Notes under the pieces: generated by a model
What the model saw: only the letters and a program-made list of their open reading frames with translations
What the model was told of the DNA's origin: nothing
Databases searched by the model: none
Translations under genes and position numbers: made by a program
Shown: positions 14,901 to 24,632 of the stretch, piece after piece
Position numbering within the stretch: the stretch's first letter is position 1
Layout: each line of letters opens with the position of its first letter
Assembly: GCA_002633005.1 (NCBI GenBank)
Contig: NMRA01000027.1
Span: forward strand, 409,265-473,264
Source: Phoronis australis
Taxonomy: Eukaryota; Animalia; Phoronida
Reading direction: 5' to 3'
Length of the DNA stretch: 64,000 nucleotides

Positions 14901-17900
14901 TTGAGCCTGTTACATATTTGACAGACATGCCAATGACATTTTACCTCTTCCATCCTTTCCTGCAACTCTCTCTTGCGCTGATCATACGAGGCCGTCAGTG
15001 TAGCAATCTCACTCTCTAGGGCGTCGCCCTTCTTTCTCAGGTCCTGGTTGTGTTTGAACTCTCTCTTCAGCTGCGCATCTAACGCCCTCTCTTGACCCTC
15101 CAGTTTTGCTCGTGAGGTATCGAAACGCCGGATTGTTTTCCTAATGGTGTCTAGATCTGCCTCAGAATCCAGCAACTTCTCATGTAAGATGTCTAGTTCC
15201 CTGAAGTATCAATAGGGTGCAGTATAGTCTTTAGTGTTTTTAATCACAAAATCATTATTATTACCTTAAATGATATTATTTGCCTGAACATGATCCACCC
15301 TCATCATCCTGAATACAGTAGACATTACCATATTGAATCTTGGCTTGCGATGACCACTAATTCTGCTTAAATAAAATACTGGTAATGTCCCATGACAATT
15401 CATCATTCTGATAAAATCTTAGCTATAGACCAGTGTATCCACTCTCTCATGGCAGATTAAAGCGAAGAATTTTGCTTGTGCTCAGCTGTCACAAAAGGGT
15501 AATTTTGACTGATTAGTTATTGGCGTGAACTGTATGAAAACTATGTACACAGGAATAGACAAATATCAGCCAATAAAACTCCACTGTAAGCAACTGTGTC
15601 CTTGTGACACAATAATTAAGCCTGACCTCAATTCGCAAAAATTGATAGTTCCATTATTCAATAACAAATCTGACTGCTACTTCTAACAAGTGACTTGTCT
15701 AAATTATCTAACTAACAACCAAAATCTCTTCAAAATGAAAAGCTATACAAATAAACAGATTACTTCTTTTTCTCCACGTTGACTACTTTCTGATCCAGTA
15801 CTTTTTTTGTCGTTTCATCGACAGCTTTCTTCAACCTCTTCTTCTCCAATCGTGCATCAGCCCTTTCCTGGATCATATCTTCTTTGAGTTGTACGATGCC
15901 CTCTTCTAAATCAACAATCTGTCAAAAGATGTCGCTATCACCCATCAACAGCAAACAAAACTCGATCCTTATATGAACCAAAACCATGCTCAAAAAGGGA
16001 GGGAGGGGGGAGCGGGTGACGGAGGGAGGGGGAGAGCAATTACCTCCATCAACACATAAGAAAACACAACTTGTAGGGATTCAAACCATTTCTCTCCCAA
16101 AAAGGAGTCGTGCATGTGAACGATTGCTCCACAGAGGTCAGTAACAGCAACTCAATTATGATATTAATCAGTTCTTCAATGATACCAAAAGTCAGAATTC
16201 AAATAAAAATTGTCCAAGCATATGAACAAAACGAATTGCAAACTTAGGCAACTCTGGTGCTCAGGCATTTGAATTATATCACAAAAGTTGGATGGCATAC
16301 ATTTCATTTGCTGCTTACATGCTGATTTGTGGCCCGTAATTTGTCTCTCGTCTCATTCAAGACAATCTGCTTGGATGCCTTCTCAGCCATTCTTTGATTG
16401 AGTAGTGCTATGATCTCTTCGTGTTTTTGCCGGACTGTGTCTCTTTTTGGACTAAAGTAAACAGAAAGTGAATATCAAAATATTTGATGATAACAAAATG
16501 TCATTACTATCAAATCAAGTGGAACAAACACCATCATTAAACAACACAGCAACCAGTGAGCCTTGGAAGGTATTGCCAGACTCATTATTAGCACAAAAAT
16601 CAGTTACCATAGGAACGGTCGTTAAGCGAAAAAATTGACAAACAACAATTAATTATTATTTTGAAGTGACAAGTTCAGTGTGACCTCTGGTACCTTGTCA
16701 AACAGGTTACTTAGTTTTGGTATTCTTCTTTTGTGTTGTTTATCAAAACAAAACTAAAGCAATGAGAAAATAACTGAGAGCATTAATTTTAAATGCCACG
16801 TTCGTATATGTTACAGATATCTGACTTTAACTGAGAACTATAAATGACACAATCAATGCTTAGGTGATTAGTCACAGCCAAGTAAGGCCTGGGGTGATGC
16901 TTGGGGAATTTGTTAGATCCAAGTAAGGCCTGGTGTGATTTGTGAATCTCCAATCTGCACAGTTCTGTTCATAAGTAGTACTGCAGTACCCTTACTAGTC
17001 TGACCAAGGCACAGTATCCTTACTGGGCAACAAGTTTCAGCCCTCAAACTAACTCGACCAGAAACAAACTTGTGACAGCTTCATCTCCCCGTCTTGTCAG
17101 TATCAATGTTTTCATATCAATGTGTCAGTCTCAAAGCGTTTATCTCAACATGTCCATCTCAATGTATCAGTCGCAATGCCTTTATCTAACACATTCATCT
17201 CAATGTGTTCATCCCAATGTGTCCATCTCAACGTGTTAATATCAAAGTTCATCACCATGTGTCCATGTCAATGTGTCCATCTCATTATGTTCACCTCAAT
17301 ATGTTCATCTCAATATGTTCATCTCAATGTGTCCATCTTAATATGTCCTTCTCAATACATACTGAAGCACCGCATTCTCTGTTTCCAGTTGCGCATGTCG
17401 TTCTGTCAGTGCCTCTGTGTTCTTCACGATATCATCAAGGCGCGCCTGCAGTGAACTAATCTCTGATGTGTCGGAATTGCGCGCAGACTCAATAGCACCT
17501 GAAAATTACAGCATTTTTCTTGAGCAGAAGGGAAATTGTAGTTGACGTGCATCACTCATGATTAACATAATTAAAGATGTCTGAACGTGTTCAAACTTAA
17601 CTGGGCTTTGAACCTGAGACTTGTTTCTAAGTATTAATTAGCTTTACGTATAAAATAAATTTTAATATTACAAATTCCATGAACAAATGAACAACTACAC
17701 GCAACAAATTCCTAGCAATGACAGGTTTAATGTTCAGAACCTTAAAAAAGATTTTGGAAAACTAATTTTTTGTGCCCCCTCTGGTACAAATCCATAGGCT
17801 TGTAATGTGGGGGCGCTTGCAGTAAATGCGCTTACAATGAATGCACTTGCAAGGAATGCATTTGTGAGGAATGTGCTTGCAATACACTTGCTTTGAATGA

Positions 17901-19836
17901 ATCGTGCTTGCAATGAACACACTTGCAATACATGCTCATTGGCAGGATCTGACATGAAACAATTGAGAGAAGAGGTAAATATAGCTTGGATATAGATGCA
18001 AAAAGAGGGTGGGCATGTATGCCAAAATAACCTAAAATTGGAGGCTGGGTTTGCACCTGACTGTAGACAACAATCTGTATCCCAAAATGTAATCTGTCAC
18101 ATTTGTTACCTGTAATCTCTTCTTTGACCTCTGTGGGAAGAAATAACAACTTATGTCTCAAAACACTGGCCTTAATTGTCTCTGTCTCCAACAGTTCATG
18201 CACTTTATTACGTTCAGCTTCCTAAGAGTAAATCAAAAAGTAGGCAGATAAAAACCACAAATTAGAGTTTCATCAAGTTAGTGACTTTTTGCCAATACCA
18301 CAGAATGTTAGTATAACAGGGAACAATTATTTCACTTCAAAAATTAAAAAATGCAAACATATGGTTTTGAAAAGAGTAATTATAGTATACCTAAAAGGAG
18401 ATTTTATTAATTTCATTTGTTGGAATTTGTATCAAAACAGCAGAGCAAAAGCAAAGCCACACTAATGTCAACATTAACATTAAATACAATAACAACCTAA
18501 CACTGAAGATTGCTGAAGACTTACCAGTTCCAGAATAGATTCTATAATCTTGTCAATATTGTCAAGGTCATGCTCTTTGAACCCAAACTCATCCGTCTTC
18601 ATCCGCACTCCTGAAACAACATTAAGTTCACATAAAGTAGATTACACAGTTCATTTTAAACCCCAATGATACAGATTGCATGTAAAAGCTGTATTGTGAA
18701 TGCACAAAGAGTGTATTGACACACCCATTGGTTTCTTGTTGTATCTTGAAAAATGGAGCCAAAGTAGATACCAATATGCCGATGGAGGAGGTAAGCTTAA
18801 AGACTATGCTACCCAGGCCAGACGACTGCTAGTATTTTGTTGAGTATGAGAATCCCACTAACTAAATCAATGCACCAAAAGTGACTAAAAGCTATGTTGT
18901 CAAATTGTTGATACTTTTTCTTGATTCAGCCCAAAAATCAACAAAACCCTGTCTTATGTAATCAAACTTTTTCTTCAAGCAGTCCTTGGTTCAGTTACCC
19001 AAATTGGTAACTGGACATTTTTAAAACTTCACCCGCAGTAATAAGTATGTGTAAAAATGGCCAGTTGCTGATTTCAGCAACTAAACAAAGGACTGTTCGA
19101 AGAAAAAGTTTGATTACACAAGTATTTGTTAGAGTTAGAAGCAATTACTCGAATCCTCCTTCTCTATGCGCAACAGGTACTTAGTATAACAACATGACTT
19201 TGATGTTTTAATCAGTGTGAGGCATTATTTGCCGAAAAGCTTCCGGCATATGAAGCTCCTACAAGAGCTCCACCATCTCTACCAGGGCCGGCTTATTTAT
19301 AGTGACAGTGGTGGTCACTGTCTAGCCAAAAGCCAACACTCAACAAGCAATGGCACTGGTCGGATGTAGCAGTCCCAGATTTTGAGAACCAGGCAATCGC
19401 TGAATAACGGGCCCGTTTTTCAGTGGATGAATCTGGTTCTCAAAATAAGGGACCACTATGGCACTATACTATAAAAAATTACTATATCCGACCATGCAGT
19501 AGTGTGCCCAAGCCCAAGCAATTGCCTTCTTTTCATATAGCAAAACTGAACTTTTAACCCAACGACTGGATATAGTGGTCCCTGATTTGTGAACCAATCA
19601 TTGAATAACAGCAGAACAAATTGATTTTCTAAATTAGTTAATACCATATACGACCATTGCCAGGCCGTGTTCCATGGCACTGAACCGCCGGCGTCCGACG
19701 GCGACGTTGCCGTCGGGAATGTGGGTAGTTTCTACATTTCTGAGCTAAGCGAGGAAATTTGAATGTTACCAAGTTCTTGTAAGTGTTGCACGGCAGCTGC
19801 TACGCCTGTTGTGTCAGATGACACGGAGAAACTCAT
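2933..19836 (-). CDS. CCDC175: CCDC175-like coiled-coil protein, multi-exon gene (about 743 aa)
   Basis: Seventeen exons joined by GT-AG with consistent phases, 2232 nt total. The product is coiled-coil throughout. Segments such as ERNKVHELLETETIKASVLRHKL and KHEEIIALLNQRMAEKASKQIVLNETRDKL resemble human CCDC175 as recalled ([30 protein letters not shown]). Orthology was not computed. Confidence 0.8.
3682..3844 (-). CDS. CCDC175: CCDC175-like exon 16 (EVSERDELYM...QRRPV)
   Basis: TAG acceptor, GTGAGT donor, 163 nt, phase 0->1. Confidence 0.85.
4627..4773 (-). CDS. CCDC175: CCDC175-like exon 15 (ANHRFEREII...AKLEA)
   Basis: CAG acceptor, GTCAGT donor, 147 nt, phase 0->0. Confidence 0.85.
4995..5135. 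repeat. About 32-bp tandem repeat, about 4 copies
   Basis: Recurring tgtgccttcagcaggctaaatacaacttgtc-like unit. Confidence 0.75.
5696..5928 (-). CDS. CCDC175: CCDC175-like exon 14 (LKNRKTGLED...NKFRQ)
   Basis: CAG acceptor, GTACT donor, 233 nt, phase 1->0. Confidence 0.9.
6313..6451 (-). CDS. CCDC175: CCDC175-like exon 13 (KKISNLEIDL...KKEVV)
   Basis: TAG acceptor, GTAAT donor, 139 nt, phase 0->1. Confidence 0.85.
6564..6695 (-). CDS. CCDC175: CCDC175-like exon 12 (GHALQKSIRE...LEELE)
   Basis: CAG acceptor, GTAAA donor, 132 nt, phase 0->0. Confidence 0.9.
8228..8327. repeat. About 36-bp tandem repeat, 3 copies
   Basis: Recurring acatatcaccaaataatacaatagaca-like unit. Confidence 0.7.
9474..9609 (-). 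CDS. CCDC175: CCDC175-like exon 11 (MEVQQRKEEV...ELTKE)
   Basis: CAG acceptor, GTAAG donor, 136 nt, phase 2->0. Confidence 0.9.
9890..10072 (-). CDS. CCDC175: CCDC175-like exon 10 (LREAKDKQAK...RERKD)
   Basis: TAG acceptor, GTATG donor, 183 nt, phase 2->2. Confidence 0.9.
11273..11527 (-). CDS. Candidate alternative cassette exon of the CCDC175-like gene, Ser/Thr-rich, 85 codons
   Basis: Long polypyrimidine tract + CAG acceptor, AAG|GTAAAT donor, 255 nt, symmetric phase 2-2 matching the host intron, no stop in the host frame. Confidence 0.5.
12221..13468 (-). mobile_element. Non-autonomous Helentron-type element (HINE/DINE-1-like), apparently intact
   Basis: Perfect 13-bp hairpin TACTTGGCGAAAT/ATTTCGCCAAGTA (13438-13465); adjacent (AAAC)n/A-rich microsatellite; same subterminal CTTGGCGAAAT at 12247; short cgctc/gagcg stem-loop at the other end; A/T-run flanks; CpG-rich relative to host. 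Confidence 0.7.
13702..13765 (-). CDS. CCDC175: CCDC175-like exon 9 (VRAAEEIMYADAEKVAEMTK)
   Basis: CAG acceptor, GTAAAC donor, 64 nt, phase 1->2. Confidence 0.8.
14058..14130 (-). CDS. CCDC175: CCDC175-like exon 8 (LDKLLKKGAEK...TYEE)
   Basis: CAG acceptor, GTAAGT donor, 73 nt, phase 0->1. Confidence 0.85.
14180..14880 (-). mobile_element. Degenerate HINE-like element
   Basis: Ends gacctgcaacatgcgaacaaacaa...ccaagtaatga like the 13468 terminus; shares cagagctacagctct with the 59.4 kb copy. Confidence 0.5.
14945..15200 (-). CDS. CCDC175: CCDC175-like exon 7 (ELDILHEKLL...ERMEE)
   Basis: CAG acceptor, GTAAA donor, 256 nt, phase 2->0; overlaps ORF 14894..15175. Confidence 0.9.
15764..15918 (-). 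CDS. CCDC175: CCDC175-like exon 6 (IVDLEEGIVQ...NVEKK)
   Basis: CAG acceptor, GTAAT donor, 155 nt, phase 0->2. Confidence 0.9.
16319..16451 (-). CDS. CCDC175: CCDC175-like exon 5 (PKRDTVRQKH...ATNQH)
   Basis: TAG acceptor, GTAAG donor, 133 nt, phase 2->0. Confidence 0.9.
17103..17358. repeat. 14-bp minisatellite (ATGTGTCCATCTCA-like)
   Basis: Many degenerate copies abutting the exon 4 donor. Confidence 0.85.
17363..17498 (-). CDS. CCDC175: CCDC175-like exon 4 (AIESARNSD...ENAVL)
   Basis: CAG acceptor, GTATGT donor, 136 nt, phase 1->2. Confidence 0.9.
17812..17935. repeat. About 15-bp degenerate tandem repeat (GCACTTGCAATGAAT-like)
   Basis: About 8 imperfect copies. Confidence 0.65.
18110..18221 (-). 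CDS. CCDC175: CCDC175-like exon 3 (EAERNKVHELLETETIK...EEIT)
   Basis: TAG acceptor, GTAAC donor, 112 nt, phase 0->1. Confidence 0.9.
18525..18610 (-). CDS. CCDC175: CCDC175-like exon 2 (VRMKTDEFGF...SILEL)
   Basis: CAG acceptor, GTAAG donor, 86 nt, phase 1->0. Confidence 0.85.
18957..19324. mobile_element. Degenerate copy of the long-TIR MITE family seen at 23366-24303
   Basis: Shares gccgaaaagcttccggc and aaaaagtttgat...agtatttgtt; internal inverted arms 18957-19025 and 19051-19120. Confidence 0.65.
19367..19458. mobile_element. Small palindromic MITE (core ctgaataacgggcccgtt)
   Basis: ttttgagaaccag/ctggttctcaaaa arms; related copies near 19570, 23060, 35189 and 37960. Confidence 0.6.
19770..19836 (-). 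CDS. CCDC175: CCDC175-like coding exon 1 (MSFSVSSDTTGVAAAVQHLQEL)
   Basis: caacATG start, G|GTAAC donor; phase 1 matches the next exon. Confidence 0.75.
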
Positions 19837-19899
19837 GTTGTTCAAATATTCTTCACGGCATTATTTTATCAACGACGCATTATCCAGATCCAGACGCAT

Positions 19900-19980
19900 C
19901 GATACGGTAGCCATTTCTTGTAAACACTGGTACAGTTTTAGCACCTTCACTGGTAAAGAAGTCTTAGCAACTTTTCATAG
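19900..19980 (-). promoter_or_regulatory. Putative CCDC175-like proximal promoter with forkhead (TGTTTAC) and RFX-like (GTTGCTAAGAC) motifs
   Basis: GTAAACA at 19920-19926 and gtcttagcaac at 19961-19971, 85-135 nt upstream of the ATG. Confidence 0.35.
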
Positions 19981-22883
19981 GGGAGATAACTTCGTTTGCA
20001 GGGCTTGTGTCCAGGGGGGTACTACTTTGAGAACTTTTTACGAGGTAATCTGCCATATATTACCCATAATGTCTTGGGTCTGCTGGTCACAGCCCAGAAA
20101 GCTTCAGACTTGAAGATTTTAAATTTTCTTAAATTCTAATGTTAAAATATGCCCCACCGCAAATTCTTTAAACTGCAAATGTCATTCAACCATGAAACAG
20201 TCTCAATGAAGGACTCGACTACTCTCCCTAAATTTTCTGCGTATTTTTGGACTCGTGAAAACATCGATTGCCCTTTCTTGTATTGTTTTAGTTTCATTAC
20301 TGAGTCAACGTTTGAAAGTTTGCCGGATACAAATCGAGAGTGAACTCTACGTTGAATTGTCAATATTATCAAAAATAATTAGGAAGTGCAACACCCCCCC
20401 CCCCATTTTAAGGACTGGGTTCCTATTTATTTTCAATGAACTCTGGGCTCAGTTTTTAGTTATATTATTAGAAAATGTCATTAATCAAAGAGGAGATCAT
20501 AGTAAAGATGAACTGATAGAAAAATACTAGTGCATCTGTGAGACCATTGGCAACATGAAAACACAAATCAGTATGCCAAGACTTAGGCCGAACCGTAGCT
20601 GAGTCCCTATTCAAGTTGAGACTGATTCATCCAACCGGCCACAGGGCTCCAAGATTACAGAAAAGTGAAGCCCCAAAAGACATCAATGGGAGCCTACTTA
20701 AAAAATGTGAGGCAAAAGCGGGCTTTTTGGAACTTTGTAACACTCTTTCTGTCTGACATTTGGTCCAATCGGACCCATGCATGAACAGCTGCTAGTGCAA
20801 CAGCCTTAGTCAATACTGACAGATTTATGCTACAAAATGTACTGGCAATTAAGAGCCTCTAAAGTCGAAAGATAATCTTCTTCATATTTTCAAAGATTAT
20901 AAAAACATGCGAGAATCACCGTGACTAACACGAAAGGACCCGTGTCACTCGATCATGGTCCTCGTTTTACTGAAGTTATGAGCTACGAGTCTCTGCCGGG
21001 TTTGCCGAAGCTCAGTAGCTGAGGGCCTACTACTATTTCTCCGAAAAGCCTGTGCCCCGATGTTCAATTACTTAACGAAAAGTTCATGAAAATGCATCTA
21101 TAAAATACATCAATAGCACCAGCTAGTCAAGAACTGAGTCGCCTCGAAGTACAGCATTGATTGCAAATTTAAGTTGAAAATGATGTCTCAGTCGTAGCAT
21201 AGGCATGGGCTGGGGCAAACTTTTACGCGACATCTTCATGACGACCGGATGAGTTGGTATAGAATTCAATCAACAAATCAACAGTCTACAAAGTACCTCT
21301 TCGTCAAATCACATGACATTAATTGTTGTCTAGTTTCATTGACGAGTCACTCACTCCATGTCAATCTAAAATAGTTCTATCCAACTGTCCCGGTCAATGC
21401 GGGGCTAAGCAGAGTTCCAAGCCACAGGTCCCACCTGTGCACTCGGATTCTGAGGTCGTTTGTCGTGGACTCACAAGTTATTAAAAATCATGTGGCGACA
21501 CTATTCTCGAGTCCGGCGCCGAAAGTACACTCCTGCTGAATGTTGCGAGCGCCGGGACATTGTTTCCCGAGAAACATAGGCCTGCGCTCACCTTTTGCTC
21601 CATTGTGCATTAAAAAAATAAATAGATAAAAGAATAGAAGAAAAAATACAACAGGCAACATTTTGTTTGCACTAAATTTTTCATCTAAGAGATTTCTACG
21701 GTAGCTCCATGTCGCGGCAGTGTGTATATTTCAGTTTATTACAAAAAAATGTGCGATCGCCGGGGAAAGTTTGGTGTCGACGGGGGAGGGAGACCTGGCC
21801 AAGCTCCAAGGCTCTGGACATATGAGTCCTCGTCATGCATTGAAAGAAAGCACAATCGCAGATTTGGGCGTGGCGCGTTGGTGGCCTTAGTGTACTAATC
21901 TTGGGGATGGGTAGGCCTGCTCTCATATGACGAAAACGTGCTCACTGAGATACAGGGCCGGCGACTGTTTCACGAAATGATATCTTTTCTGACAAAATCC
22001 TACGAAACGTGTCCTAGCCTCCGATTTAAGTTCCCGGTAAAAGGTTCCATTGATTTTAAAATATATTCTGCTGCCCAATAGGCGAGTTGCTCCCGGAGCC
22101 CCCGCCACATGAGGCGCCACCCGTTGTTCCTGAAACAACTGAGGCGAGCCGGCGGGGGGCCGCTTGACTTTTCGAGTCACAGAACTGCCTGTACCCCTTT
22201 TCCAGAATCGATGATTTCCAGTTGCACCACACAAGCAAATCTAGCTATGGTAACCGTCACCTGCCTTTGTAAGCATTGGTTTCAGTTGAAAAACTCATCT
22301 GATGGTCTGTCCTCAGGACTAAGATCTTTCAAGTTATTGCGCCGGGGATGGAGTAACCGAAATCTAAATACAGTAGGTCAACTTTGAAAAATAAAGTTAA
22401 AAGTACTTTTGAAACTTAAACGGGTAAGATCAGTCTTTTCTTGCGATCACCATAAGAACTTGTGTGCCGTACAATTACGGGGGAACTCAATTCTGAAAAA
22501 ATAATCACCTCGATCTCCCCGTAAAAAATGTAGTCGAGAACCTCTGATATTAAAAAAGAACTTGTGATTAGTGTGGATTGGCAATTTTGTAGAAAAATAA
22601 GTTTCATTCATTGCTTAATGCTAAGGACGTACCGATGTAAAAAGTTTTGGTCATGGAAAGAAAAATATCAAGGCGGATAAAGTAATCCCCCGGCAAGGTA
22701 CTGTCAAATGATCAATACTAACTGGTCACAAGTGCCAATCCTTGACGATCTCCCACTATGAAAACCAGCAACAGTAACCCGGATGTAACAGACACTCCAT
22801 TTTGAATTGGTAGCTGTTGAAAGGCTTGTCTCTCTTCATTGAACGTTTATCTAATTTTAATAACATTTCCCTTTGACACCGGA

Positions 22884-22945
22884 ATGGAAAGCTCAGAAAG
22901 AAGTTTAACTGCTTATAAGGCAAGTCTTGCAGAACAAGCAGAGAG
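22884..22945 (+). CDS. 14-3-3 protein coding exon 1 (MESSERSLTAYKASLAEQAER)
   Basis: Encodes the conserved LAEQAER motif missing from ORF 29256; AG|GTGTGT donor, phase 2. Confidence 0.9.
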
Positions 22946-23365
22946 GTGTGTATTCAGTTAGCTTTATATCGAGTTTATAAGTATGAAAGAACACTAACGC
23001 GAAATTTACCCGGACACTCCGGACAGGCGTTGGTACCCGGCACTGCCCTTAACCAGTTTCATCTATTGAATAACGGATCCGTTATTCGGTGGTTGCTTGT
23101 TGCCGATATGATGGACCCTGATATAGAGATCCAGTTCAGTACTCGATTTGGCGACATGGCAAAAATCCCCCGTCGCAAAACTGTAAATCTTGGTCTCCAA
23201 ATCAATAATCAATTTCTGTCGGGGGTGGGGGGTCGTAAAAGTTTGTTGACCAAAAAAAGGTTGGATGGCCATAGCGCCACGCAGTTTCCCCGTGAATGCC
23301 TAAATGTAGGCCTATCTTGCCCGATTCCTCCAGCCAGCAAACGAACACTGAACACTGGCATGGGC

Positions 23366-24303
23366 TAGCAATGACCATCGCCTCTGTTGGCCTGACCAGA
23401 GGTGATGTAGCTCTTTTGGCACTCCATACGCCGTAAGCTTTTCGGCGAATTATGCCTTGCACCTACTAAAACATCAAAGTCACGTTGTTAGAAATACCGT
23501 TTGCGCATAGAGGAACACCATAGGAGGTTGTTGATGTGTTTAATTCCTTCCAACTCGAACAAATACTCCCGTTATCAAACTTTTTGTTCGAGCAGTCCCT
23601 ATTTCAGTTCCCAAAATCGTGAACTCAACATTTTCACTCGGCGCACGCCAAGAGATATGACCTAATTCTTTTAACCAGGCCGAATGTCAGGAGTTGTGGT
23701 CCTACTGGCGAACTTTGAAAGCTGAAGTACGTGCTGCCGGGAACCAGCCGTGCATTTGTCGTGTTGTTAAACATTAAAATGTCAAAATATGTGCACAAAG
23801 ACTATTAAGTGTCATATCAACAGCATTTATTTTTATCAAATGCAAACAATAATTCATTGAAATACAATCAGTTTCAAGTAACGCCAATTAAAGACAAGTA
23901 GTGGTGGCATTTTGGAAACGAACATTTGACTGACAAGATCGCAATGGCTCACCTGTGGCCTATTTAAAGATTGAGGTCATGAAGTCACATCACATAGGGA
24001 GCGCGGTAAAAATTGGAGCGTGCGCAGTATAAAAATGATGAGTTCACGATTTTGGGAACTGAACGAGTGACTGCTCGAACAAAAAGTTTGATAACGGAAG
24101 TATTTGTTCGAGTTGGAAGGAATTAAACTCACCGCCAACCTCCTAAGGTGTCCCTCTATACGCAAAAGGTATTTATAACAGTGTGACTTTCATGCTTTAG
24201 CCAGTGCGAGGCATAATTCGCCGAAAAGCTTCCGGCGTATGGAGCGCCTATAGGAGCTGCATTGCCTCTGGTCGGGCCAACAGAGGCGATGGTCATTGCC
24301 TAG
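23366..24303. mobile_element. Foldback/MITE with about 310-bp terminal inverted repeats in the 14-3-3 intron
   Basis: 23368-23680 is an imperfect reverse complement of 23957-24299, e.g. gcaatgaccatcgcctctgttggcc / ggccaacagaggcgatggtcattgc. Confidence 0.85.
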
Positions 24304-24319
24304 GGCTAGTTGTGCTTAT

Positions 24320-24632
24320 TCAATCATGCACTACTTTTGCTGAATAATTCCGATTTTGGCCTGTTTACTTCCTTGTAATTTAAACGTGGTGGCAAATGCG
24401 CTGATTTCACGAAATAAACAGAACAATTGTGTATCAAAGGTAAAAAAACGTGGAAACTGATAGTAATTTAAAGTTAGGAAGTAAACACGAGCTTGGAAAT
24501 GAATTTAGAGGGAATTATTTTCTGACTATGGTAATCGCAGCTGTGACTTCGTGGCGACTTGGAATTTTTCCCAGGTCGCCAAACACAATCTGAAGCCACA
24601 TTGGCGACCTGTAGGTGGTAGTTGCAGGGCCT
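24320..24632. repeat. Dispersed repeat, similar to 58240-58530; possible hAT-like end gttgcagggcc
   Basis: Shared gtttacttcc..ttgtaattt, ggcaaatgc.ctgatttca, tgtgacttcgtgg.gactt, cacaatctgaag. Confidence 0.6.

Noticed and set aside
15997-16035. G-rich tract with G-quadruplex potential
   Set aside because: Common low-complexity intronic sequence with no supporting context
21592-21603. ATGGAGCAAAAG|GTGAG as the first coding exon of the CCDC175-like gene
   Set aside because: Phase 0 does not match the phase-1 exon at 18610; 19770-19836 fits phase and homology better
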